A stretch of 64,000 nt of DNA from contig JANOQV010000159.1 in the NCBI GenBank assembly GCA_031414955.1, positions 24,112-88,111 of the forward strand. The letters run 5' to 3'. This DNA is from Pedosphaera sp. (lineage in GTDB: Bacteria > Verrucomicrobiota > Verrucomicrobiia > Limisphaerales > SIBH01). Shown piece after piece: positions 53,899 through 64,000 of the stretch. The position numbers and the translations under genes were made by a program. The notes under the pieces are model-generated. The model had not been told where the DNA came from and did no database searches. It saw only the letters and a list, made by a program, of their open reading frames with translations. Numbering within the stretch: position 1 is the stretch's first letter; every line of letters begins with the position of its first letter.

Positions 53899-55866
53899 AT
53901 GACGAATCTCCAACGCATGACCAAGGCGGACCTGATCCGGCGCATCCAGGCGCTGGAGCAGGGATCTTCCACCGTCGGCCATGCGGCGGCGCAAGACCGG
54001 CGGCGGACCAAGCAGGCGCTGCGGGAGAGCGAGGAGCGCTTCCGCGCGGTGGCCGAGAACCTCGGAGACGGACTCGTGCTGACCGACCTCGACGACACCA
54101 TCCTGGATGTGAACCCGCGCCTGCTGGAGATGGCCGGTTACGCGCGGGACGAAATAATCGGGCGCAAAGGCTATGACGTGTTGAACTCCCCCGAGCAGCA
54201 GGAGGAGATCAAAGGGCGCAATGCCGAGCGTGCGGCCGGGCGCAGCGGGCATTATGAAATCCTGCTGCGCCGGAAGGACGGAAGCCGCTTCTGGGCGGAA
54301 ATCACCGGCGCGCCGGTGCGCGACGCGCAGGGCCGGATCTTCGGCACCGTCGGTCTGCTCCGCGACATCACCGAACGCAAGCAGGCGCAGGAAATCCTGG
54401 AGCAAACCGTGGCCCGGCGCACGGCGGCGCTCACCTATGCCAACGAGGCGCTGCGGGCGAGCGAGGAACGGCTGCGGCAGGTGCTCGAAGCCAGCCAGAC
54501 GGGAACATTCGAGGTCAATCTGGAGACCGGGGAAGGGCATTGGAACGCGGTGGAGTATGAGCTGCTGGGCCTCCAGCCAGGGGACGCCACGCCCGTCCCG
54601 GAAACCTTCTTCCGCCGCGTCCATCCTGAGGATGCCGGGTGGCTCCGTGCGCAGTGGGAGGAGGCGAAGCGGACCGGACAATACGACGCGGAATTTCGCA
54701 TTGTGCGGCCCGATGGACAGGAGCGGTGGCTGGGGGTCAAGGGACGGTTTTTCGTCGAACCTCAGTCGAGCGGCACTCCTTTTCGAACCGGCCGGCCCAC
54801 GCGGTTTCTGGGCGTGAACTTCGACATCACGGAGCGCAAGCTCGCCGAGCAGGAGCGGCACAAATTTGTCTCCCTGGCCGAAAACAGCTCTGATTTCATC
54901 GGCATGTGCGACCGTGATTTTACTCCGTTCTACGTCAATGCCGCCGGGTTGCGGTTGGTCGGCCTCAAGAATCTGGAAGCCGGCGGCCACATCAGGATGC
55001 CGACTTTCTTTTTCCCGGAAGACGAGCCGTTTCTCCGTCAAGAATTTGTCCCGCGCCTGCTCCGCGACGGCCGGGGCGAGGTGGAGATTCGCTTTCGGCA
55101 CTGCCAGACGGGCGCGGCGATCTGGATGCTCTGCAACGTCTTCCCTTTGCGGGACACGGCCGGCGCCACCACCGGCTGGGCCAGCGTCGGCCACGACATC
55201 ACCGAGCGCCGTCGGCTGGAGAGCGAGTTGCTGGCCATCAGCGAGCGCGAGCAACGACGCATCGGGCATGATTTGCACGACGGCCTGGGCCAGCAACTGA
55301 CGGCCCTGGAGATGCAGTGCTTTCTCCTGCGGGAAGATTTGGCGGCGCAGGACGTCGCCGCCCGGCGGAAACAACTCCGGGCGCAGGCGGGGCAGATGAG
55401 CCAGGCGCTGCGGGAATGCATCACCACGACGCGCTCGCTGGCGCGCGGCCTGGTGCCGGTGGATCTGAAAGAAGACGGGTTGATGGGTGCGCTCAAACAA
55501 CTGGCTCACCGCACCGACTTGGCGGGGCCGATCGAGTGCCGCCTGATCTGCCGTGTTCCGGTGACGGTACTCAATTCCCAGACCGCCAAGCACCTCTATC
55601 ACATCGCCCAGGAAGCCGTGAACAACGCGCTCAAGCACGCGCGGGCCGGACGCATCGACCTCCACCTGGCGCGTCGGCAGGGCGTGCTGCGCCTGCAAAT
55701 CAAGGACGACGGAAGGGGTCTGCCCAAACGACGGAAGGGCAAATCAGGAATGGGGCTGGAGATCATGCGCCATCGCGCCCACGTCATCGGCGCGGGGTTG
55801 GAGATTGAATCCAAGCCCGGCCAGGGGGTAAGCGTCACTTGCACGATGCCGATGATGGAAGCATGA
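53899..55866 (+). CDS. Cytoplasmic multi-PAS sensor histidine kinase (HisKA_3 type)
   Basis: Three PAS/PAC units ending DITER, EQRRIGHDLHDGLGQ, QEAVNNALKH, DDGRG, GMGL. Confidence 0.9.
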   Translation: MTNLQRMTKADLIRRIQALEQGSSTVGHAAAQDRRRTKQALRESEERFRAVAENLGDGLVLTDLDDTILDVNPRLLEMAGYARDEIIGRKGYDVLNSPEQQEEIKGRNAERAAGRSGHYEILLRRKDGSRFWAEITGAPVRDAQGRIFGTVGLLRDITERKQAQEILEQTVARRTAALTYANEALRASEERLRQVLEASQTGTFEVNLETGEGHWNAVEYELLGLQPGDATPVPETFFRRVHPEDAGWLRAQWEEAKRTGQYDAEFRIVRPDGQERWLGVKGRFFVEPQSSGTPFRTGRPTRFLGVNFDITERKLAEQERHKFVSLAENSSDFIGMCDRDFTPFYVNAAGLRLVGLKNLEAGGHIRMPTFFFPEDEPFLRQEFVPRLLRDGRGEVEIRFRHCQTGAAIWMLCNVFPLRDTAGATTGWASVGHDITERRRLESELLAISEREQRRIGHDLHDGLGQQLTALEMQCFLLREDLAAQDVAARRKQLRAQAGQMSQALRECITTTRSLARGLVPVDLKEDGLMGALKQLAHRTDLAGPIECRLICRVPVTVLNSQTAKHLYHIAQEAVNNALKHARAGRIDLHLARRQGVLRLQIKDDGRGLPKRRKGKSGMGLEIMRHRAHVIGAGLEIESKPGQGVSVTCTMPMMEA

Positions 55867-55939
55867 GCAATCAGCCTGAACCAGATGTCCCCGCCGTAAT
55901 CGGGGACCGTCCGCCGACAGGGGACATTTTATTTCAGCT

Positions 55940-56641
55940 ATGAAACGCAAGCCGATCCAGACCAAGCCCGAGCCGAACTCGCCCGCCAAACGGCGCGTGC
56001 TGTTGGTGGATGATCATCCGATGACGAGGGAGGGGTTGGCCGCGATCCTGATGCGACAGGCCGACCTGGAAGTTTGCGGCGAAGCCAGCCACGCCGCCGA
56101 GGCCATGACAGCCCTCTCCAGGTTGAAACCAGATTTGATGGTGACGGACATGACCATGCCGGGCCGCAGCGGGATCGAGTTCCTCAAGGACGTTCACGCG
56201 CTGATGCCCAAACTGCCCGTGCTCGTGCTCTCGATGCACGACGAGATGCTCTTCGCGGAACGAGCCTTGCGCGCGGGTGCTCGAGGTTACCTGATGAAAG
56301 ACGCCGGCGCGGCCAAACTCTTGGAGGCGATCCGGCACGTCCTGGGCGGGCAATCCTACGTCAGCCCACAGATGTCCGCGCGGCTGATCGAGGCCGTGAC
56401 GGGCCGCCGCCCGCGCGGCTCCAGTTCGCCGATCGAAAAACTTTCGGACCGGGAGTTTGAAGTCTTCCAACTGCTGGGCCGGGGAAAAAGCACGAAGGAC
56501 ATAGCCCAAACACTCAACTTGAGTCCCAAGACGGTGGATGTGCATCGCGGGCGCATCAAGGCGAAGCTCCAACTCAAGGACGCGGCCGGTCTGCTTCATC
56601 ACGCGGTGCGTTGGGTGGAGTCGGAGGCGGCCCAGCGTTAA
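55940..56641 (+). CDS. NarL/LuxR-family response regulator
   Basis: LLVDDHP, GARGYLMK, LSDREFEVFQL, LSPKTVDVHR. Confidence 0.93.
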   Translation: MKRKPIQTKPEPNSPAKRRVLLVDDHPMTREGLAAILMRQADLEVCGEASHAAEAMTALSRLKPDLMVTDMTMPGRSGIEFLKDVHALMPKLPVLVLSMHDEMLFAERALRAGARGYLMKDAGAAKLLEAIRHVLGGQSYVSPQMSARLIEAVTGRRPRGSSSPIEKLSDREFEVFQLLGRGKSTKDIAQTLNLSPKTVDVHRGRIKAKLQLKDAAGLLHHAVRWVESEAAQR

Positions 56642-57079
56642 CCGAGCAGCGACGGCAGAAGTGTTGGATCGCGGCCTCACGCTCCCAGCTGAGAGCGAAA
56701 CTGGCGGTTGGATTCTGCCTGAAGGCCGGAGGCCAAACGCCGCAGCGAGCTTCGGCGGCGGGATGAAAAGTGAGTTCCAATCAGCGCGGCGGACGAGGGC
56801 ATTTGGTTTTCGCATTAGACTGTTGTAGGAAAAATCCTTAGCGAACCTAGCTGTCACGTCCCACTTCACCATTTTCTCCCGCGTGACATCCTCGCCCGGC
56901 TTGAACACTCCACAGTTCCATAAGGCCACCAGCCTGGCCGCTGATTCGCAGGACGAAAACCATCCGCCGCGAGTTCTCAGCACCCACGGCGACCTGGACC
57001 TGGGCCGCCGCGCCATGAGGGTGTTGGCCAGCCTGGCCCGACCCTTTGGCCAGCGCCCCGCGCCGCGCCGATAAAAGCC

Positions 57080-57583
57080 ATGAACACTCTAATCGCCGAA
57101 ACGAAGACCGCTCCCAGCCCCGTTGCGCCGCCGCAGCCATTGTCCCTGGGCGCGCCGCGCCGCCGCATTCTCCTGGTCGATGACCTTGCGCAACTGCGGG
57201 AACTCGGCCGGCAGGTTCTGGTCCGTTCGGGTTACAATGTGGACACCGCTGAGGACGGTGCCGAAGCGTGGGCCGCTCTGCACAAACAGGATTACGACCT
57301 GCTCATCACGGACAATCAGATGCCGCGACTCACCGGCTTGGAACTGATTCGCAAAGTGCGCGAGGCGCGTATGACCGTGCCCATCATTCTGACCTCAGGC
57401 ACGCTCGCCCAGTTCCCGGAGGGTGACCAGTTGGGGGGCAAATGCGCAGCCCTGCTGGCCAAGCCCTTCACGACGGAACAATTGGTTTCGGCTGTCCAAA
57501 ACGGCCTGCGGGCGAGGACCAGTCTGCGCAGGACTACGGGCCTTCCCTTCAATCCACGCCCAAACGGGAGCGTCAATGAATGA
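57080..57583 (+). CDS. Single-domain response regulator (CheY-like)
   Basis: ILLVDD, DLLITDNQMP, LLAKPF. Confidence 0.85.
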   Translation: MNTLIAETKTAPSPVAPPQPLSLGAPRRRILLVDDLAQLRELGRQVLVRSGYNVDTAEDGAEAWAALHKQDYDLLITDNQMPRLTGLELIRKVREARMTVPIILTSGTLAQFPEGDQLGGKCAALLAKPFTTEQLVSAVQNGLRARTSLRRTTGLPFNPRPNGSVNE

Positions 57584-57652
57584 GCCACCCATTCAAGGGC
57601 AGAATTCACCGCAGCCAGTGCAATTAACCCGGCGAGGCGGGGTCGACATGGA

Positions 57653-58531
57653 ATGACCAAGTGGAACCGCCTCGATCGTGAAACGCACCTTTCAGCGATT
57701 ATGAAATCAGAAGGACGAAGCCACCAGCGACGGTGGACGGACGTTCCGGCACCGTCGGGCTACGAGCCTGGCGGCGGGGACGTCGCCGCCGTACCGCTTT
57801 GGAAAAGGTTCCTGGATCTCAGCCTCATGGTCTTGGCTGCGCCCGCCTGGGTGCCGATGATGCTCGGGATCGGCGCGGCGATTAAAATCCTGTCGCCCGG
57901 CCCTGTGCTCTTTCGACAAGAGCGGATCGGATGGCGGGGGGAACGATTCGTCTGCCTCAAGTTTCGCACCATGCACGCCGGCACCAACACCGCGACTCAC
58001 GAACAGCATCTGGCCAGTTTGATGCAGTCGAACCAGCCCATGACCAAACTGGATGGAAACGATCCCCGGCTAATTCCGCTGGCCCGGTTGCTCCGCTCGA
58101 CCGGGCTCGATGAGCTTCCGCAATTGTTCAACGTGCTCCGTGGGGACATGAGCATCGTCGGCCCGCGGCCCTGCACGCCGAAGGAATTCGAGGCGTACTC
58201 GGCCGCCCAACGGGCCCGAATCGGAACACTGCCTGGTTTGACCGGTCTCTGGCAGGTGAGTGGCAAGAACCAGACGACTTTCAGAGAGATGATTGAACTG
58301 GATTTACGCTACACTCGCACCAAGAGCCTGTGGCTCGACCTCGCCATCATCCTTCGGACACCCATCACCCTGCTGATCCAGGTGGGCGAGATGGTCAGGA
58401 AGCGGAAGGCACCTGGCTCCGCACCCAAAACCGCTCGTCCGCGTTCGTTCGTCCGCCTCGTGGAGCGCAGCGGCGACTCAGTGCAGACCTCGGAAGCGGC
58501 CCGGCCCACGGCGGAGACGACCTCGCGATGA
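57653..58531 (+). CDS. Priming sugar transferase (polyprenol-phosphate phosphoglycosyl transferase, Bac_transf)
   Basis: KRFLDL, FRQERIG, KFRTM, LDELPQLFNVLRGDMSIVGPRP, PGLTGLWQV; start may be ATG 57701. Confidence 0.9.
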   Translation: MTKWNRLDRETHLSAIMKSEGRSHQRRWTDVPAPSGYEPGGGDVAAVPLWKRFLDLSLMVLAAPAWVPMMLGIGAAIKILSPGPVLFRQERIGWRGERFVCLKFRTMHAGTNTATHEQHLASLMQSNQPMTKLDGNDPRLIPLARLLRSTGLDELPQLFNVLRGDMSIVGPRPCTPKEFEAYSAAQRARIGTLPGLTGLWQVSGKNQTTFREMIELDLRYTRTKSLWLDLAIILRTPITLLIQVGEMVRKRKAPGSAPKTARPRSFVRLVERSGDSVQTSEAARPTAETTSR

Positions 58532-58751
58532 CCCGCCTGCTGGCGGGTCCAGACAACCGCACAAACGAGACCTCCGGCACTGGCACATAGACGTGTTGCT
58601 TGAACATGCGCCCGGCCTGACCGGAACCTGGACCAACCAGCGCGCCGGTTGACGAATACGCCAATAAAGTTCTTCCGTCAGCGCAGTCGGCAAGAAGTGG
58701 GGCGGGCGCAGGCCGCGCGTTTGCGCTTCCCGCCGCCGCCGCCGCGCTTTT

Positions 58752-59654
58752 ATGGTGGGGCCGTTGTTGCGATTCACGTTCATCGCCATTCTCCTTCTCG
58801 CCGCGGGCTTCCCCACCACGGCCGCCCAACCGCGTGCGATCACCAGCTTCTTTCCGCTCCACTGCTGGACGGCGAACGTGGCGGGCGACGAAGCTCAGGT
58901 CGAATGCTTGTTGACCTCACGCGCCGAACCGCATGACTACGCCTTCACCCCGGGCGATGCGCGCCGACTGCATGAGGCCGACCTGATCGTGGTCAACGGC
59001 CTGGCTTTGGAAGGCTGGCTGCCGAAATTCTTGCGGGGTGCTCCCGACCGCCGCCACCGGGTGGTGAACATTTCGACCGGCTTGGAGGCTCAACTCATCG
59101 CGGGCGGACATGAACATCAACCCCACGAACACACCGAGACCGAGCACGCCAACCCGCACGTCTGGCTCGACCCGGCGCTGGCGGCTCACGGCGTGAGCAA
59201 CATTCTCGCGGCGTTGCAACACTCCAATCCGTCCCGCGCCGCCGCTTATGCCAGCAATGCGCAGACTTATGTCGCGAAGCTCATCCAACTCGACCACGAT
59301 CTCCGCGCCGGGTTGGCCTCCATCACCAATCGCACCGTGGTTACTTATCACGATGCGTTCCCGTATTTCGCGCGGCGTTACGGCTTCGAGATCGCGGGCG
59401 TGGTGGAGGAAGTGCCCGAGGTGAATCCCACGCCGAAGTATCTGGCGCGCTTGAGCCGGATGATGCGCGAGCGGAACATCCGCGTGATTTTCATCGCCGC
59501 TGGAGGGCGCACGCGGCTCGCCGAACGCATCGCCGCCGACCTGCGCGTGGAACTGGTGGAGCTTGATACCCTTGAAACAGGCCCGCTCCGTCCCGCAGCT
59601 TACGAGGAACGCATGAGACACAATCTTTCGGTTCTGCAAAAGCAGCTTCGATGA
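58752..59654 (+). CDS. Zn/Mn ABC transporter substrate-binding protein (ZnuA-like)
   Basis: EPHDY, His-rich loop HEHQPHEH, NPHVWLDP, YHDAFPYF. Confidence 0.9.
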   Translation: MVGPLLRFTFIAILLLAAGFPTTAAQPRAITSFFPLHCWTANVAGDEAQVECLLTSRAEPHDYAFTPGDARRLHEADLIVVNGLALEGWLPKFLRGAPDRRHRVVNISTGLEAQLIAGGHEHQPHEHTETEHANPHVWLDPALAAHGVSNILAALQHSNPSRAAAYASNAQTYVAKLIQLDHDLRAGLASITNRTVVTYHDAFPYFARRYGFEIAGVVEEVPEVNPTPKYLARLSRMMRERNIRVIFIAAGGRTRLAERIAADLRVELVELDTLETGPLRPAAYEERMRHNLSVLQKQLR

Positions 59655-60427
59655 TGTCAGTTCATCCCATTAACCTGCATCCGTCGCTCGCGGTCGATGT
59701 GCATGACCTGCACGTGAGCTTCGGCGGCACGGCGGTGCTGCGCGGGGTGAACATGCGCGTGCCGCAGGGGCAGATCGTGGCGCTGATCGGCCCGAACGGC
59801 TCGGGCAAGACCACGCTGCTGCGCTGCCTGCTCGGCTTGCAAAAATTCTCGAAGGGCACGGTCAAGATCTTCGGCGAGAACGACGTGACCAAGGCGCTGC
59901 CGCGCACCGGCTACGTGCCACAGCGGCTTTCGCTCGAACGCAGCTTCATCCTGAGCGTGCGCGAATTCCTCGCCTTGCGCCTGCGCGAGACGCGGAACTG
60001 GTTCTTCCAATCTGATGCCAAGCTCGATGCTGTGCTGCGTCCGGCCCTGGCGGAGATCGGCGCGGAGAACATCCTCGACCGCCCCATCGCACAGCTCTCC
60101 GGCGGACAGCTTCAACGCGTGCTCATCGCTTTCGCGCTGCTGGGCAAGCCCGACCTGTTGCTGCTCGACGAGCCGACGGCGGGCGTGGACTCGCCGGGTG
60201 AGGAAACTTTCTACGACCTCATCGCCACGGTGCAGCGGCAGCACAAGCTCTCCGTCATCCTCGTGTCGCACGACCTGTCGATGGTCTATTCCCACGCCTC
60301 GCGGGTTTATGCGTTGAATGGCGTCATCTGCTGCGAGGGGCCGCCCGAGCAGATCATGAACGCCGAGTCGCTCAAGCAGGCCTATGGGATCCACGCCACG
60401 CCGTATCATCACCATCATGGGCATTAA
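59651..60427 (+). CDS. Zn/Mn ABC transporter ATPase (ZnuC-like)
   Basis: GPNGSGKTT, GYVPQ, LSGGQLQRV, VSHDL, C-terminal YHHHHGH. Confidence 0.92.
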   Translation: MMSVHPINLHPSLAVDVHDLHVSFGGTAVLRGVNMRVPQGQIVALIGPNGSGKTTLLRCLLGLQKFSKGTVKIFGENDVTKALPRTGYVPQRLSLERSFILSVREFLALRLRETRNWFFQSDAKLDAVLRPALAEIGAENILDRPIAQLSGGQLQRVLIAFALLGKPDLLLLDEPTAGVDSPGEETFYDLIATVQRQHKLSVILVSHDLSMVYSHASRVYALNGVICCEGPPEQIMNAESLKQAYGIHATPYHHHHGH

Positions 60428-60478
60428 ATGAACTGCGCGCTGACATTTCATCCGAAACTTCCTGTGGGGGGAGCGTGG

Positions 60479-60648
60479 AAACCCCAAACCCCAAACCCCA
60501 AACCCCAGAGAAAACCCAAACTCCGAGTTTCAGCCTTCAACAAGACTTCAACCAGCAAACACCAGCGGGCACCCGAGGCCGCGCCGCGCCGATTAGTGAT
60601 TGGGCTTTGGTGCTTCTTTGGGGGTTGGGGTTTGGAGTTTGGAGTTTT
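60479..60648. repeat. Heptamer-built inverted-repeat hairpin element (CCAAACC variant)
   Basis: (CCAAACC)n left arm, (TTGGAGT)n right arm ending 8 nt before ATG 60657. Confidence 0.85.
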
Positions 60649-60656
60649 CCCTCTGC

Positions 60657-61454
60657 ATGTTTAACGAACCCTTCATGCAACGCGCGCTGCTCGCCGCGCT
60701 GTTCCTCGGACCGCTCTGCGCGTTCCTGGGGGTTTTCGTCACAGCGCGGCGCATGGCGTTCTTCAGCGACACCATCTCGCACGCATCGCTGACGGGTGTG
60801 GCGCTGGGATTCTGGTTCGGTCTCGCCGACCCGACCTGGGTCATGGTGCTGGTGAGCCTGCTCGTCGCGCTCCTCATCATGTGGCTGCGCGAACACACCG
60901 ACCTGCTCAGCGACACCATCATGGCGTTGCTGCTCTCCAGTTCAGTCGCCGTGGGCGTGATCATCCTGAGTTTGCTCAAGGAGTTTCGCGGCGAACTGCA
61001 CAGCTATCTCTTCGGGGAGATTCTTGCCATCGGCCCGCAGGAAGTCTGGCTGGCCGGCGGGCTTTTCGTGGCGGTGGGCGCGATGCTTTTCCTGAACCTC
61101 ACCCCGCTCACGCTCCTCACCGCGCACGAAGACACCGCGCAGGTTTGCGGCGTGCCGGTGCGGCGGTTTAATTACCTCTCCGTGATCGTGCTGACCTTCG
61201 CCGTGGCCCTGACCATCCGGCTGGTGGGCATCATTCTCACCCCCGCGCTCATCGTCATCCCGTCGGCCGCCGCCCGTAACCTGAGCCGCAATCTCCGCCA
61301 GCAGATCCTGTTCAGCATCGTGTTTGGGCTGATCAGCAGCCTGGGCGGAACGCTGTTGAGTTATCAACTCGACGTGCAGAGCGGTCCGGCCATCGTCATC
61401 ACCAGCACGGCGCTGTTCGTGGTGTCCCTGGTGTGGGGTCGGGCACGCCGCTAA
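60657..61454 (+). CDS. Zn/Mn ABC transporter permease (ZnuB-like)
   Basis: FMQRALLA, FFSDTISHASLTGVA, YLFGEIL, SGPAIV. Confidence 0.92.
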   Translation: MFNEPFMQRALLAALFLGPLCAFLGVFVTARRMAFFSDTISHASLTGVALGFWFGLADPTWVMVLVSLLVALLIMWLREHTDLLSDTIMALLLSSSVAVGVIILSLLKEFRGELHSYLFGEILAIGPQEVWLAGGLFVAVGAMLFLNLTPLTLLTAHEDTAQVCGVPVRRFNYLSVIVLTFAVALTIRLVGIILTPALIVIPSAAARNLSRNLRQQILFSIVFGLISSLGGTLLSYQLDVQSGPAIVITSTALFVVSLVWGRARR

Positions 61455-61457
61455 AAT

Positions 61458-61548
61458 GTGCCCCCGGCGTCCCGCCGGGTTTTGGTTCACTCCGTAAGAG
61501 AGGCGCTCGTTTTGCCTGGCGCGGAACCCGGCGGGACGCCGGGGGCAC
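61458..61548. repeat. REP-like inverted repeat between convergent genes
   Basis: Perfect 24-bp IR GTGCCCCCGGCGTCCCGCCGGGTT (61458-61481) / 61525-61548. Confidence 0.8.
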
Positions 61549-61565
61549 GCTGGCAGGGCAGGTTG

Positions 61566-62669
61566 TTACACGTTGAACTTGAAGAGCAGCACGTCGCCGT
61601 CTTTCACCACGTATTCCTTGCCTTCCATGCGGTAGAGACCCTTTTCCCGCGCGGCGGCCACGGAGCCGAGTTTGACCAGATCGTCATAGGCCACGGTCTC
61701 CGCTTTGATGAATCCGCGCTCGAAGTCGGAGTGAATGACCCCCGCCGCCTTGGGCGCCGTGTCGCCGACGTGAATGGTCCACGCACGCACTTCTTTCTCG
61801 CCCGCCGTGAAGTAGGTGCGGAGCCCGAGCAGGTGATAGGTCGCACGGATGAGCGCGCCGACGCCGGATTCTTCCACGCCCAGCTCCTTGAGAAACGCCT
61901 TGGCCTCCTCCTCGGACAGGTCAATCAAGTCGCTCTCGATCTGCGCGCTGATGAAAACCGCCTCGCAGGCCAGATGCGTCTTCACATACTCGCGCACCTT
62001 GGTGACGAAGGGATTCGTTTCCGCCGTGGCAAGATCCGACTCCTTCACGTTGCAGGCGAAGATGGTCGGCTTGTCCGTGAGCAGGAAGAAGCCGCGCGCG
62101 ATGACTTTCTCCTCGGGCGTGAGCTGCACGGTCAGGCCGGGCTTGCCGGCGTTGAGCGCGGGCTGAAACTTTTGCAGCACGGCCTGCTCGGCGATCGCGA
62201 CCTTGTCGCCGCGCTTGGCGTCCTTGGCGACTTTGTCGAGGCGTTTGGTCACGTTCTCCAGATCCGCGAGCACCAGTTCGGTGTTGATGATCTCGATGTC
62301 GCGCACCGGGTCCACGCTGCCCGTGACGTGATGAATGTCCTCGTCTTCAAAGCACCGCACCACCTGCACGATGGCATCCACTTCGCGGATGTGGGTGAGG
62401 AACTTGTTCCCCAGGCCCTCGCCCGTCGCCGCGCCCTTCACGAGTCCCGCGATGTCCACGAACTCAATCGCCGCCGGAATCACCACCTGTGTTTTCGCGA
62501 TGTCTTTGAGCACGTAAAGCCGCGCGTCCGGTACGGTCACGATGCCGATGTTCGGATCGATGGTGCAGAAGGGATAGTTCGCCGCCTCCGCCTTGCGGGT
62601 GCGGGTCACGGCGTTAAACAGGGTGGACTTGCCGACATTGGGCAGCCCGACGATTCCAGCTTTGAGCAT
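61566..62669 (-). CDS. ychF: Redox-regulated ribosome-binding ATPase YchF
   Basis: [55 protein letters not shown]. Confidence 0.97.
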   Translation of the reverse strand: MLKAGIVGLPNVGKSTLFNAVTRTRKAEAANYPFCTIDPNIGIVTVPDARLYVLKDIAKTQVVIPAAIEFVDIAGLVKGAATGEGLGNKFLTHIREVDAIVQVVRCFEDEDIHHVTGSVDPVRDIEIINTELVLADLENVTKRLDKVAKDAKRGDKVAIAEQAVLQKFQPALNAGKPGLTVQLTPEEKVIARGFFLLTDKPTIFACNVKESDLATAETNPFVTKVREYVKTHLACEAVFISAQIESDLIDLSEEEAKAFLKELGVEESGVGALIRATYHLLGLRTYFTAGEKEVRAWTIHVGDTAPKAAGVIHSDFERGFIKAETVAYDDLVKLGSVAAAREKGLYRMEGKEYVVKDGDVLLFKFNV

Positions 62670-63040
62670 AAATTTGTGCGCCCCGCCCGGCGGGGAGGGC
62701 GGACAGTAGAGGGAAAGCGCGGGGCGGTTCAACTGCTGTGAAAAGGGCCGGGGTCTTCGCTTCGAGGGCGATGGGGGCGTTGCCACGATTCGGGACGCTG
62801 CCCTGAATTCGTGTCCCTGTCGTCGGTGAACGCGGTGCCCACCCTGGGCTGTTCTGGTCGAAAGCCCAGCAAAACCATGGCTCCCGCCGGGTGCCGGAAG
62901 ACTGTCCCGGCTGGGTGTCCCGTTCCTGGCCGGTGTCTGTCCTGTTTTGCAAGCCATCCCGGCCTCGGCCTTGGCGGCGGGGGAGTCATCCGATCGTCGA
63001 ATTGTGCCGGAAAATGCCGCTTTCCGCGCTTTTCCATGCC

Positions 63041-63056
63041 CGGCATGGCTGTTGCT
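63041..63056 (+). promoter_or_regulatory. Putative sigma-54 (-24/-12) promoter
   Basis: CGGCAT-GGCTG-TTGCT fits YGGCAY-N5-TTGC, about 170 nt before ATG 63228. Confidence 0.5.
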
Positions 63057-63227
63057 AAGGAGCGGTGCTCCATGGCTGGCTGCGGACTACTCCGCAGGGC
63101 CAGGATGATCGTGGGGAAAAATATTATGATCAGTTCATCTTCTGATGTGTGCGCGCGGCCGGGCGGTTCCAGTGAACCAGTCCGACGCTCTGCCAGCCGT
63201 GGTTCCACTCCCTCCACTCCCGATATT

Positions 63228-64000
63228 ATGATGCAACCCACACTCGAGTTCCTGCCTCGGCGAATCCGCGCGGCCCGTTCCGCGCTCGGGGTCCTGCTCC
63301 TGGTCGCGCTGGGCATGCTGCCGCGCCTCGCCGGCGCCGCCACCTTGCCGAACAGCCCGACCACCCTGTGGATCGCGATGCCGTTCCCGACCAACATTTT
63401 CTCGGACTACTTCAACGACCAGCAAACAGGTTCGCAGGAAGGTGACATCGTGGGCACCAACGGCCTTTCCGCCCTCTACACCGGGTTCAATCCCGGCGCC
63501 AGTCCGACCAACGGCACGATCGGCTACCGGGTGCGCGTGGGCCGCGACGCTTCGCCGTTGGGCGCGTTCAAGGGTGTGTTCCATGTCGGCATCGACGCCA
63601 ATCTGGACGGCCGGCTCGATCTCTTCGCCTCGGTCGATAACTCCGGCTCCACCGATGCCATCCAGCTTTTCCGGCCCGGCCCCGGCAGCAACGACGCCCC
63701 GGCCACCACCAGCATCGATGCGCAGAATCCGATCCGCACCTATCCGACCGCGGCTTCAAATTTCAATTGGACCGCGGTCACCGCCATCATTGATCCGGCG
63801 ACCACGAACATTCCGATCGCCAACCCGTTCAATATCGACGGCTCCACGGGCAGCGGCGACCAGACCGATTTCTTCCTCAGCTTCTTCGTGCCGTTTCACG
63901 ACATCGTTGGGGCCTTGACCACCGCCGGCATCACCAATGTCACCACCAACTCCGTGTTCCGTTACGTCTTCGCCACCGCCACCCAGCCCAACTCCCTCAA
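63228..64000 (+). CDS. Secreted/surface protein, partial (runs off the window)
   Basis: Open to window end: MMQPTLEFLPRRIRAARSALGVLLLVALGMLPRLAGA signal, then T/N/D/G-rich body (DQQTGSQEGDIVG, GIDANLDGRLDLF). Confidence 0.8.
   Translation, partial: MMQPTLEFLPRRIRAARSALGVLLLVALGMLPRLAGAATLPNSPTTLWIAMPFPTNIFSDYFNDQQTGSQEGDIVGTNGLSALYTGFNPGASPTNGTIGYRVRVGRDASPLGAFKGVFHVGIDANLDGRLDLFASVDNSGSTDAIQLFRPGPGSNDAPATTSIDAQNPIRTYPTAASNFNWTAVTAIIDPATTNIPIANPFNIDGSTGSGDQTDFFLSFFVPFHDIVGALTTAGITNVTTNSVFRYVFATATQPNSL

Noticed and set aside
56883..57074. 63-aa ORF before the receiver gene
   Set aside because: Could be a gene remnant, but it is too short and motif-poor to call
58560..58750. Metal-responsive riboswitch or Zur box before the ZnuA-like gene
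   Set aside because: No convincing yybP-ykoY consensus or AT-rich palindrome found by eye

Overview
GC-rich bacterial chromosomal segment. Gene content and style suggest Verrucomicrobiota (Pedosphaera/Limisphaerales-like); this is an inference. The backbone is housekeeping and transport: argS, an ABC-2 system with three paralogous permeases, zwf, mobA, a TolC/2xMacA/MacB exporter, prmA-rph-argC, rplM-rpsI, pgi, obgE-rpmA-rplU, a full Pho/Pst operon with a Pho box, a PAS kinase/NarL pair, ZnuABC-type uptake and ychF. The main accessory block is a minus-strand cassette at 33197-40381. It encodes a helical protein, a signal-less poly-serine protein carrying a phage-tail-like motif and an HExxH peptidase motif, two tandem-duplicated lipoproteins, a Cys-finger GT9 glycosyltransferase, a fungal-type GT71 mannosyltransferase and a SAM methyltransferase, with a G12 tract upstream. 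Other highlights are a family of heptamer-built hairpins wedged between stop and start codons inside operons, a PstB pair with complementary degenerate motifs, a PhoU fused to a phosphatase-like domain lacking the catalytic Cys, and a candidate structured RNA after zwf. No rRNA, tRNA, CRISPR array or intact transposase was seen. All family calls come from reading motifs by eye; no database search was run.
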